Positions 10,415 through 19,523 of a stretch of DNA of 64,000 bases are shown piece by piece. The translations under genes were made by a program, and so were the position numbers. The first letter of the stretch is position 1, and every line of letters starts with the position of its first letter. Under the pieces are notes generated by a model. That model made no database searches and was not told the DNA's origin. It saw nothing but the letters and a program-made list of their open reading frames with translations. The DNA is from Geopsychrobacteraceae bacterium. Lineage in GTDB: Bacteria > Desulfobacterota > Desulfuromonadia > Desulfuromonadales > Geopsychrobacteraceae. The stretch lies in the NCBI GenBank assembly GCA_963676795.2, contig CAXXTB010000002.1:704001-768000 (forward strand). Direction: 5' to 3'.

Positions 10415-10448
10415 AGAAAAGGCTGTCGCATGGCGACGGCCTTTTCTT
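10415..10448 (+). terminator. intrinsic terminator after hemB
   Basis: AGAAAAGGCTGTCGC-atg-GCGACGGCCTTTTCT. Confidence 0.65.
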
Positions 10449-10468
10449 GTCTTTTGTCCGTTCGCTGT

Positions 10469-11782
10469 ATGGAGCAACTCTTGCAGAAAAAAACCGCTGA
10501 CGATTGCAATTATTCAGTCTCGACCCTCAGTAACGGGGTGCGCCTGGTCTCAGTGCCGATGCCGCACCTGCATGTCGCCGAGCTGGTCTGTTATTTTGCC
10601 GTCGGCGGACGCTGCGAACCGACAGAACTGTCCGGGATTTCCCATTTTCTCGAGCATATGCTGTTTCGCGGGACGGCCGAATACGCCACCAGTACCGAAT
10701 TGGAGCGGGCCTTTGAGCTGATCGGCGGAGCGGTCAACGCCTCGACCGATGTCGAGTCGACCTGTTTTCACAGCCGCCTGCATCCGGCGCACCTTGGTGA
10801 GGGGATCGCGCTGTTCGCCTCGATGATCAGGCGTCCACGTTTTTACGATATCGATACCGAGCGGCGCATCATTCTCGAAGAGGCGCGCGAGGATTTCAAT
10901 GAGGAGGGGGTCCAGATCAACCAGGACAACCTGATGGTCGGCCTGCTCTGGCCGGATCATCCCCTCGGCGATTCTCTGATCGGTACGCCGGAGACGCTGG
11001 CCGCGATCGATCTTGACCAGCTCAAAAGCTATTTTCACACCTGGTATGTGCCGGAGAACCTGGTGCTCTGCGCTTGCGGGCCGATCGACCAGCAACAGGT
11101 GCTGGCTGCCGTGGAGAAAGAGTTCGGCGACTGGCAGGGGACTTCTGTTCCTGAGGTCCGACCGGCTCCGCAGCCTAGGGCGGACGGTCCCAAGTGCTGC
11201 TGGGTCAATGATTCCGATTCACAGATCAGTCTGCAGCTGGCCTTTGCCTTGCCCGGCCGCAACGATGAGCGCACCCTGGGGGTGCGCCTGCTGCGCCGGA
11301 TTCTCTCCTGGGGGGGCGGTTCGCGCCTGCCGCTGCGCCTGCGCGAAGAGCTGGGCCTGACCTACGCGGTCGAGGCTAACACCTCGATGCTGGGGGACTG
11401 TGGCTATCTGGCTATCGATCTGGCGGTTGCCGCCGAAAACGCTGTTGCCGCGGTCAGAGAGCTGCTCAATGTACTGCGCGAGCTGAAGGAAACCCCGGTT
11501 CCTGGCGATGAGCTCGATGCCGCGATTCGCAGCTACCTCTACGATCTCGAGTTCTCCCAGGATCAGACCGAGGCTCAGGCCGTGCGCTACGGCTGGGGGC
11601 TGCAGGTTGGTTACTTAAGGACCCTGGCCCAGGATCACCGGGAGATTGCCAATGTCACTCCGGCTCTCCTTCAGCAGGTTGCACAGGATTTCCTGACCGG
11701 AGAAGATGCCCATCTGGTCGTCGTCGGTCCCTGGACCAAATCGATTCGCAAGGAGGTCGAGGCGCTGCTCGCTGCTTTCTGA
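10469..11782 (+). CDS. M16 family zinc metallopeptidase
   Basis: Inverted zinc motif HFLEH (GISHFLEHMLFRGT); start uncertain. Confidence 0.9.
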   Translation: MEQLLQKKTADDCNYSVSTLSNGVRLVSVPMPHLHVAELVCYFAVGGRCEPTELSGISHFLEHMLFRGTAEYATSTELERAFELIGGAVNASTDVESTCFHSRLHPAHLGEGIALFASMIRRPRFYDIDTERRIILEEAREDFNEEGVQINQDNLMVGLLWPDHPLGDSLIGTPETLAAIDLDQLKSYFHTWYVPENLVLCACGPIDQQQVLAAVEKEFGDWQGTSVPEVRPAPQPRADGPKCCWVNDSDSQISLQLAFALPGRNDERTLGVRLLRRILSWGGGSRLPLRLREELGLTYAVEANTSMLGDCGYLAIDLAVAAENAVAAVRELLNVLRELKETPVPGDELDAAIRSYLYDLEFSQDQTEAQAVRYGWGLQVGYLRTLAQDHREIANVTPALLQQVAQDFLTGEDAHLVVVGPWTKSIRKEVEALLAAF

Positions 11783-11877
11783 GTCACAGCCTCTTTGCCT
11801 TTTTCCTGCAGACAGAGGGGGCGTCGTTGCGTCCCCTTGAACAACCCGCCTGTCGGCCGATCTGATCGTTTTACTCC

Positions 11878-14685
11878 TTAAATTCCCACCGTTTTGTAGA
11901 GAAAGTTTTTGAAGCGATAGAATTTCTTGCGTTCTTCCGGATCTGTCGAAGCCGGGTCGCAGGCGGCCAGGTAACGGGCCAGTTTCGGCATGTTGGTCGC
12001 GCCTTCGCTGCGCGCCCGGTCGATCAGCTGCAGGACGCTGTCACGCGTCAGTTCCTGTCTGGCGTAGGGGGCGTAGATGGCGTCCCAGAAGCTCAGCGAA
12101 GAATTCTTCAGTTCATGAACGATGGTTTCGATGGTCTGATCGGCCTGCTCTTCGTCTGCGCGGCCGGTTGTCTGCATAAGCGAGGTGCTTTCCAGGGTCT
12201 GTTCGATATCTTCACCGCGGATGATGCGGCTGCGGCGAAAGAGCATGGCGCGCAGCAGGATGCTGCGCAGTTCGCGGATGTTGCCGGTGTAGTGATGCTG
12301 CTGCAGCAGGGCCTTGGCCTTTTCGTTGAGGATCGGGGTGTCCGCCGACTGGTCGGTTTTGTAGTAGGCCTGGAACAGCCGGCCGAGAAAGTGGACCGCC
12401 AGGTCGGGAATGTCCTCGCGCCGTTCGTTCAGCGAAGGCACGCCAATGATCAGTTCCGACAGGCGATGGTAGAGGTCTTCGCGGAATTTTCCTTCCTGAA
12501 TCAGTTGGCGCAGATCCCGGTTGGTGCCGGCGACGAGCAGCACCTGCGAATGGCGGGTGGTGTTTTCACCGAGCCTGACAAATTCACCACTGTCGAGAAA
12601 ACGCAGCAGCTGGACCTGGGTTTTGGGATCGGCGTCACCGATCTCGTCGAGGAAGACAACCCCGCCGTGGGCTTCCTCGAGGATGCCCCGCCGGTCGTTG
12701 TGGGCGCCGGTGAAGGCCCCACGTTTATGGCCGAACAGTTCCGAGTAGGTCAGTTCTCCGCTGTAGGCGGCGATATTGGTTTTCTTCAGCGGCAGGTTCT
12801 CCTGGCCCGGGTGCAGAGTCCGGTAGGTTTGGCTGAGCTGGGCAAACAGGTTGTTGAAGATGAACTCTTTGCCGGCCCCGGTTTCTCCGGTCAGCAGAAT
12901 CGATGGCAGGCCGAGCGGTTCGCCCTGCTCCGGACCGGTTGCTTTACGCCAGTGGCTGATTCTCTGGCAGAGCGGCGGACTGATGCGCTGAATGGTGTTG
13001 ATGATCCGCTGCGTCTTGGCCGAGTTGCCGATGATGTTGCCGAGCCGGTAGGAGGTGATGGTCGGATCGCGGTAGTCGACATCCTGACGCAGCCGCCTGA
13101 CTTCGCTGCTCAGCTGTTCGAGTTTCTGCAGAATCGCCAGGTGGTGGCCGATCATCCGCTCGATGATCAGCAGGATCCGCCTGTGTTCAGCGGTGAAGTA
13201 GTGAGGGCGCAGGCTGTCGAGGCACATGACGGCCAGGACCTCATCGTTGCTGATAATCGGCACGGCGATCTCGCTGCGGATCGCTTCGGTGACCGGCTGG
13301 TAGAAGTATTTGTGCTGTTCAACCTGGTGGCAGTCGTCGAGGATCTCCGGCTGGCGGGTAGTTGCGGCCAGGCCGGTCAGGCTGCGTTGTTCGGGGGGCA
13401 GTTCCATGCCGCCGACCCTGATCGGCTGGATATTCTTTTTCATCCAGTCCTTGTTCTTGGCGCCGATAAGGTTGCCCTGCTGATCTTCAACCAGCAGCCA
13501 GCGCTCACCTTCCAGTTCCCGGACCAGGGCGATACTTCCGGTATCGGCGCCGAGCAGTTGGGTTGCCTTGGACAGAACGCGATGGAGAAAGGAGTTCAGG
13601 CTGTCGCCGGAGTCCTGCAGCAGTTCGCCGATTTCCGAGAGGATCTGGACCTCGAGGTGTTCGTCACCGATCTCCTGAACCACCCGTTGAGCCATTTCTG
13701 CATGGGCCTCGAGCAGGTCGCGCTCGAAGGCTGTGAACTGGTAATGCTCCTTGGTGTAGTAGTTGACCAGGCAGATGATCCGGCGCGTCCGGCTGTCGTA
13801 GCGGGGAACCATGTAGAGCGACTTGAGACCCAGTTCTTCGGTCAGGAAGCGTTTCTGCAGGGTTTCTGCCGGCAGGTTGGTGATGCTCAGTGGCTGCAGC
13901 AGCCGGTCGTCGACAATGACCCCGCGGTGGTCGATATAGCGGGCCGTCAGCGAGCCGCCGGGGCTTAGGTTGATCTGACGCTCCTCTTCGTAGAGCTTGC
14001 TTGCTTCCGGTTCCTTGGAGTAGGAGGCGAGGACTTCGAGGGTCCGCTCCCCTTCAGCCGTGGCCTGAATCGGAACCAGCACCGAGGCCAGGGCGACCTG
14101 GTCGACCAGCTGGGCCGCCGATTTGACCATGAACTGCGCCGCCTCACGTTTTTTCGCTTCGTCAACCCGGCGCGCCAGAAGAAGCTGCTGGCGGTACTTG
14201 CGGGCTCTGTCGAGGGGCAGGGCGGCGTTGCTGAGCAGCGATCTGATCGGGTCCAGAACGGCTGGGCCGGGCAGATCGCCGGCCTTGTCGCGGTCGAGGC
14301 AGAGGACACCTATCGCCCGGCCATGCTGGAGAATCGGCAGCAGGTAGCAGCTGCCGATCCGGTATGCATCGGGAAGCTGTCCCCCTTCCGGGCTGGCGAG
14401 AAAATCGGCGATGGCCTGCTCCTCTTTGAGCTGGTAGGTCTGCGGAACGCTTAGGCTCTTGTCGTTGATCCCGTAGGAGGTCCGCTGAAGCTGGCGCAGC
14501 TCGCTGCATGTTGCCGCCGCACAGCTCAGTGCGCCAATGGTCAGATCTTCGAGGTAGAGACGGCAGCGTCCGCCCGGATTCAGCAGCTCGATGCCGCTCA
14601 GCAGCTGATGGAGGATCTCCTCAAGGTTTTCCTTGCCGAAGTCCTGAAAAGAGGATGGCTGAGATGATGTCGGTTGAGTATTCAT
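11878..14685 (-). CDS. sigma54-dependent transcriptional activator with multiple GAF-like domains
   Basis: Walker A GETGAGKE, SELFGHKRGAFTGA, FLDEIGD, FREDLYHRL, GNIREL; long GAF-like N-terminus. Confidence 0.9.
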   Translation of the reverse strand: MNTQPTSSQPSSFQDFGKENLEEILHQLLSGIELLNPGGRCRLYLEDLTIGALSCAAATCSELRQLQRTSYGINDKSLSVPQTYQLKEEQAIADFLASPEGGQLPDAYRIGSCYLLPILQHGRAIGVLCLDRDKAGDLPGPAVLDPIRSLLSNAALPLDRARKYRQQLLLARRVDEAKKREAAQFMVKSAAQLVDQVALASVLVPIQATAEGERTLEVLASYSKEPEASKLYEEERQINLSPGGSLTARYIDHRGVIVDDRLLQPLSITNLPAETLQKRFLTEELGLKSLYMVPRYDSRTRRIICLVNYYTKEHYQFTAFERDLLEAHAEMAQRVVQEIGDEHLEVQILSEIGELLQDSGDSLNSFLHRVLSKATQLLGADTGSIALVRELEGERWLLVEDQQGNLIGAKNKDWMKKNIQPIRVGGMELPPEQRSLTGLAATTRQPEILDDCHQVEQHKYFYQPVTEAIRSEIAVPIISNDEVLAVMCLDSLRPHYFTAEHRRILLIIERMIGHHLAILQKLEQLSSEVRRLRQDVDYRDPTITSYRLGNIIGNSAKTQRIINTIQRISPPLCQRISHWRKATGPEQGEPLGLPSILLTGETGAGKEFIFNNLFAQLSQTYRTLHPGQENLPLKKTNIAAYSGELTYSELFGHKRGAFTGAHNDRRGILEEAHGGVVFLDEIGDADPKTQVQLLRFLDSGEFVRLGENTTRHSQVLLVAGTNRDLRQLIQEGKFREDLYHRLSELIIGVPSLNERREDIPDLAVHFLGRLFQAYYKTDQSADTPILNEKAKALLQQHHYTGNIRELRSILLRAMLFRRSRIIRGEDIEQTLESTSLMQTTGRADEEQADQTIETIVHELKNSSLSFWDAIYAPYARQELTRDSVLQLIDRARSEGATNMPKLARYLAACDPASTDPEERKKFYRFKNFLYKTVGI

Positions 14686-14891
14686 GGTCAATTTTCACTA
14701 TTGAGTAGTTTTTTACTCATTTATTTTAGCCCGAGCCTGTCCGAAAAAACTACGTAAAAAACAGAGTTAAAATGATATGTCGATGAGTTCAATGATTACA
14801 ATAAGTTGTGTTTGTTGGCTGGGCTGGGCTGGGGTCTGACAGGGGACTTCAGGATAAGAGATGAACGCTATCCATTGGTTGTTTATGCTTC

Positions 14892-14904
14892 TAACTTGTT
14901 GATT
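14892..14904 (-). promoter_or_regulatory. IHF-binding consensus site
   Basis: Reverse complement AATCAACAAGTTA matches WATCAANNNNTTR in an AT-rich divergent intergenic region. Confidence 0.5.
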
Positions 14905-15030
14905 TTTCGCTGTAATGTTTATTGTTTTACGACCTTATATTCTTTTTATAAAGAAAAAATTATTAACTGGGCGTTTTGCGTTTTTGTCTTGTAAATATTT
15001 GATTATATGTAGTTTTTTGCGATTATTGCT

Positions 15031-15057
15031 TGAAGGAAAAATGATATTTGCCGATAA
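15031..15057 (+). promoter_or_regulatory. sigma28 (FliA) promoter
   Basis: TGAA-N15-GCCGATAA (consensus TAAA-N15-GCCGATAA), about 60 nt upstream of the HDOD kinase. Confidence 0.65.
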
Positions 15058-15118
15058 TGAATTTTACATTTTATAGCTGTTATTGCACGTTACTCTGGAA
15101 GTGAGAGCTTGGTCGATC

Positions 15119-17203
15119 ATGTCTGAAGTGAATGCGCTGGATGGGATTACTGCCGAATACGAGATCGCCGATCTCCTGTGTACGCCACAGGTGCTGGTCG
15201 ATCTGATCGAGGCGTGCCTGAAACAGTCTTCTCTTCATTCCCTCGTCGATATTATCATGCAGGATGCGGCATTGACGGCCCGTGTGCTGCATGCCGCCAG
15301 CAGGGACCATAACTGCAGGCTCAGTGCCACGGAACCGGTCACTTCGGCGGTCCAGCAGTTGGGACAGCCTCTGCTGACCGGGCTGGCTCTGCATGCGGCC
15401 AGGCAGCTTGTCTGCCATGATCTGAGCCGGGAAGAACTGGCCTTTCAATATCAGCTCTGGTTCCGCTCCAGGGTCGGAGGAACTGCAGCCCGCTGCCTGG
15501 CCCCGTCGGTCAATTACCCTTACGTGGAAGAGGCTCAGCTCGGTGGCTTGCTGAACAACCTCGGCATTCAGTTGCTCTTTGCGCGCCACCGCAGCCATTA
15601 TCTCGCGACCGGTGCGACCGCCTGGAGTGAGGTTGCCCAGAGCGTCAAAGAGGACAGCTCTTTTAAGATCGATCACCTGAGCCTGGCCGATCAGCTGGTT
15701 GGAAGCTGGGGGCTCGATTCCTTTCTTGCCGATGCTCTTCGTTTTCTGCACGCCGATATCGAACATGTCGAGCGGAGCAGTCCGATGCTGAAGATTGCCC
15801 GCCTGGCTCAGCAGTTCTGCCAGCAGCCGGAGCAGATCACCCCTGAATTTGAAACCCTGGCGGCCCGCCTGTTCTCTTTCAGTCACAGTGAAGCCAGTTA
15901 CCTCTTTGACTGGACGCACGGACTTTACGCCGGTTTTTCCGCACTGGCCCAGGATCTCAAGGCGCTGACGGCCGACTTTGAGCGTGCGCGGCAACGGTTG
16001 ACCGAACTGACCTTTCTGCTGGCCGACCAGGAAGCGGCCCGCGCCCGCCTGGCTGTTTGTGCCGATCCTCAGAGCCTCACGGACGTGGCGCGGCGGCTGT
16101 ATCTGGAAAATAGTACGGCCCTGGATGTTGTTCTGCTCGTTCTCGATCATGGCCAGAGCCAGTTTAACGGTATTCCGGCCACTGGCCAGTCACGCATGGT
16201 CAGTGAGCTGAAGGTGCCGGCCGCCGCCGGCAGCGGCCTGGTTGCCGAGGCGCTCAGCAGTGGCGAGCTGAAACATTCTTTTACGGACGCAGCGACGCTG
16301 ACGGTGACTGACCAGCTGCTGGTGCGACTGACCAGAGGGCAGGGGATCGCCTGTCTGCCGCTGGTCTCGGATGGCGAACTGTTCGGCGCTGTTGTTTTTG
16401 GCCTGGCTGGTCGGCAGGGGCTGGCCGCCGTCGAATCCCTGTGGCTGAAGATGCTCTCCCAGGTCGTCGTCAAGGCCCTGACCCTGACGCAGAAAGGCTT
16501 GACTGTCGCGATGGCGGACGGCGGCAGTCTGCTTTGGCGGGTCAGTCATGAAATCAGTAATCCCCTGACAATTATCACCAATTATGCTGAAGTGCTCAAG
16601 CAGGCGCTGCAGGGTTCCGCGAACGCCGAGCTGCCTGAGACGATCAAAAAGGAAGTCCGCAGGGTCGCGGATGTCGTCAATTATTATCTGCATAAACAGG
16701 ATGATCCCGATATCCCGGAGCAGAACGTCGATCTGGGGAAACTGATCAAAGACGCCGTCGACGCGCTCAGTGACGGGGTCCTTAAGGCGAAGAATATCCA
16801 GCTCAGGCAGCGACTGCAGAAGGACCTGGGGCCGGTTGCCATCAACGCGATGCTGGTCAAGCAGATCCTTATCAACCTGATCAGAAATGCGGCGGAAGCC
16901 GTTGCAGAAGGTGGCCAGGTCGAAATCAGGTCGCGCTCGAGCTACATTGCCCAGAAAGGGCTCTGCGCCGAGCTGATTGTCAGTGACAACGGTCCGGGGA
17001 TTGCGCCCCAGGTTTTGCAGCGGCTGTTTCAGCCGGTGACCTCGACCAAGGGGGCCGGGCACGGCGGGGTTGGCCTGAACATCGTTAAAAGTATGGTCGA
17101 TGATCTTGGCGGACAGATCAGCTGTCACAGTTCGCAGGACCATGGCACCAGTTTTCATCTGCTCATTCCGCTGGGAACTGAGCAGCACAACAAAAAGGCC
17201 TGA
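15119..17203 (+). CDS. HDOD-GAF sensor histidine kinase
   Basis: HDOD-like N-terminus (DAALTARVL); H-box SHEISNPL, N-box NLIRNAAEA, DNGPGI, GHGGVGL. Confidence 0.88.
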   Translation: MSEVNALDGITAEYEIADLLCTPQVLVDLIEACLKQSSLHSLVDIIMQDAALTARVLHAASRDHNCRLSATEPVTSAVQQLGQPLLTGLALHAARQLVCHDLSREELAFQYQLWFRSRVGGTAARCLAPSVNYPYVEEAQLGGLLNNLGIQLLFARHRSHYLATGATAWSEVAQSVKEDSSFKIDHLSLADQLVGSWGLDSFLADALRFLHADIEHVERSSPMLKIARLAQQFCQQPEQITPEFETLAARLFSFSHSEASYLFDWTHGLYAGFSALAQDLKALTADFERARQRLTELTFLLADQEAARARLAVCADPQSLTDVARRLYLENSTALDVVLLVLDHGQSQFNGIPATGQSRMVSELKVPAAAGSGLVAEALSSGELKHSFTDAATLTVTDQLLVRLTRGQGIACLPLVSDGELFGAVVFGLAGRQGLAAVESLWLKMLSQVVVKALTLTQKGLTVAMADGGSLLWRVSHEISNPLTIITNYAEVLKQALQGSANAELPETIKKEVRRVADVVNYYLHKQDDPDIPEQNVDLGKLIKDAVDALSDGVLKAKNIQLRQRLQKDLGPVAINAMLVKQILINLIRNAAEAVAEGGQVEIRSRSSYIAQKGLCAELIVSDNGPGIAPQVLQRLFQPVTSTKGAGHGGVGLNIVKSMVDDLGGQISCHSSQDHGTSFHLLIPLGTEQHNKKA

Positions 17204-17211
17204 TAGGGGTT

Positions 17212-19392
17212 ATGCTTCCTGATCCGACAGATAAAATCGAACCTGCTGTAAAGCCGGAGAGAGCCAGGATTCTGGTCGTTGACGACCAGCTGCCGATGCT
17301 GCAGAGCGTCCAGGCCCTGTTGAGCCTGCAGGGCCATCCGGTTGACGTCGCAACCAACGGGACGGCGGCTCTTGAGCTGCTGCGGCGCGAAAGCTTCAGC
17401 CTGGTGCTGCTCGATCTGCAGATGCCTGAGACCTCGGGACTGCAGGTCCTTGAAGAGATTCGTACCTCACAGCTGGATTGTGTCGTGGTGGTTGTCAGCG
17501 GCCAGGGCAGCTTCGATAATATCAAAAAGGCGATGAAGCTCGGTGCCTTTGATTTCATCCGTAAGCCGTACAAGCCGGAGGAGCTGATCGCGACGGTCGG
17601 TCAGGCGCTCGACGAATTGCGTCAGAGAAGACAGGATGAGAAAAAAATCCGTTCCCTACACCATTCGGAGCGGATGCATCGTTTTATCGTCAATCATTCT
17701 CCCGATTTTATCTATATTCTCGACAGCAAGGGGCGTTTTTCCTACGTCAACAGTATGGCCGAACAGCTGCTCGGCTATCAGCGTCAGGAGCTGATCGGTC
17801 AGCATTTCACCCGGATTCTCCATCCGCTCAACGCTGAAGAGACCCTCAAGGCTTTCAGTGAACAGCGGACCGGCCGACGGGCCAGTATCAATGTCGAGGT
17901 CAAGCTCAAAGGCAACCCGCAGTTCAAGCGGGCCGGTGCCGACTGGAACCGGGAGCCCGTTGTTGAACTCAATTCTCTCGGCATCTACACCAGGCGTGCG
18001 CAGAAAAATATCTACATCGGGACCTTCGGCAGCGCCCGGGATATCAGCGTGCGCAAGAAAGCAGAAGCGCAGATCAGCTATCAGGCCTATCACGATCTGC
18101 TCACCCGTCTGCCGAACAGGTCGCTTTTCGAGGATCGGGCTCACCAGCTGCTTGCCCAGTCCCGGCGCAGCGGCGAGACGTTTGCCCTGATGTTCATGGA
18201 CCTGGACCGCTTCAAACAGATCAACGACAACTTCGGTCACATCATCGGCGACCGCGTCCTGCAGCAGGTCGCTGAACGGATCCGCGCCTGCCTGCGCGCC
18301 GAGGATACCCTGAGCCGTTTCGGCGGCGATGAGTTCTCACTGCTGTTGCCGGGAATATCCAGTCGGGAGGGAACGGTCACCGTCGCCGAGAAGATCCTCA
18401 AGGCAGTCCGTCAGCCGTTTCTGATCGATGGCCATGATCTTTACCTGAGCGTCAGTCTCGGTATCGCGGTCTATCCCGATGCCGGGGAGTCGCACGAGTC
18501 ATTGATCCAGAGTGCCGATGTCGCCATGTATCACGTCAAGGCCAACGGCAAGGACGGCTACGCCTTTTATTCCGATGCCATGGCCAACGGGTCGGTGTTT
18601 CTTTCCATCGAACGGGACATGTACCAGGCCCTGGAACAGCGGCAGTTCCAGGTCTTTTTTCAACCCAAGGTCGATCCGGTCAGCCATACAATCGTCGGTA
18701 TGGAAGCCCTGCTGCGCTGGCAGCACCCGACCCACGGGCTGCTCTATCCGGAAGAATTTATCAACGTCGCCGAAGAATCTCGCCTGATTGTTCCGCTCGG
18801 CTACTGGGTGCTGAGCAGTGTCTGCGAAGAAATGCTGCGCTGGCAGAAACAGGGGCTGCCGAAAATTGTGGTTTCGCTCAATATTTCACCGGTTCAGCTT
18901 GAAGATGAAGATTTTGCCGATCAGTTCATCGAAACCCTGGCGGCCTACGATCTGTCCGGCGATCTGTTTGAAATAGAGATCACCGAGAATATTCTGATCC
19001 GCGGTGAAGAGAAGGTCTCCGCCATGCTCAGGACGTTGCGCTCCGCAGGAGTCAGCGTTACCCTCGATGATTTCGGCCGGGGCTATGCGTCGTTGAGCTA
19101 TCTGCAGAGCTTTCCTGTCGACAGCCTCAAGATCGATCGCTCTTTTGTCCGCGATATCGGCAGCAAGCAGCACCAGGGCAGCATCGTCGACGGTATCGCC
19201 ATGATGGCCAAGGGGATGCAGATGAATATCTCGGCCGGAGGGGTCGAGAATCGCGATCAGCTCGATTATCTCGTCAACCTTGGCTGTCATCAGGTCCAGG
19301 GCTATTTCTTCTCTCCACCTGTCTCGGCCAGCGATACCTTCAACTTTTTAGTGAACTGTCCGCTGCAAGGGCCGCATTTCAACCTTCACTGA
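17212..19392 (+). CDS. REC-PAS-GGDEF-EAL c-di-GMP signalling protein
   Basis: REC (VVDD, LDLQMP, KP), PAS, RFGGDEF, EALLRW, DDFGRGY. Confidence 0.93.
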   Translation: MLPDPTDKIEPAVKPERARILVVDDQLPMLQSVQALLSLQGHPVDVATNGTAALELLRRESFSLVLLDLQMPETSGLQVLEEIRTSQLDCVVVVVSGQGSFDNIKKAMKLGAFDFIRKPYKPEELIATVGQALDELRQRRQDEKKIRSLHHSERMHRFIVNHSPDFIYILDSKGRFSYVNSMAEQLLGYQRQELIGQHFTRILHPLNAEETLKAFSEQRTGRRASINVEVKLKGNPQFKRAGADWNREPVVELNSLGIYTRRAQKNIYIGTFGSARDISVRKKAEAQISYQAYHDLLTRLPNRSLFEDRAHQLLAQSRRSGETFALMFMDLDRFKQINDNFGHIIGDRVLQQVAERIRACLRAEDTLSRFGGDEFSLLLPGISSREGTVTVAEKILKAVRQPFLIDGHDLYLSVSLGIAVYPDAGESHESLIQSADVAMYHVKANGKDGYAFYSDAMANGSVFLSIERDMYQALEQRQFQVFFQPKVDPVSHTIVGMEALLRWQHPTHGLLYPEEFINVAEESRLIVPLGYWVLSSVCEEMLRWQKQGLPKIVVSLNISPVQLEDEDFADQFIETLAAYDLSGDLFEIEITENILIRGEEKVSAMLRTLRSAGVSVTLDDFGRGYASLSYLQSFPVDSLKIDRSFVRDIGSKQHQGSIVDGIAMMAKGMQMNISAGGVENRDQLDYLVNLGCHQVQGYFFSPPVSASDTFNFLVNCPLQGPHFNLH

Positions 19393-19523
19393 CCTTCTGA
19401 AAGTCCATTAATCTGCTATTCTTTATAGGAGTCGTTGTCATGCGGGATCTTTCCCGCTGATTCGTTCCGGGACCTTATGTTGTAGGCCGCTCTTTGGAGC
19501 GCTGATTGCTGAAAAATAGAGCT

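Noticed and set aside
12115..13968. 617-aa ORF on the + strand, and similar long ORFs at 30609-31871, 46286-47380, 49317-50513, 51420-52538 and 57011-58081
   Set aside because: Antisense shadows of well-supported genes, expected from GC-rich codon bias; no recognisable motifs.
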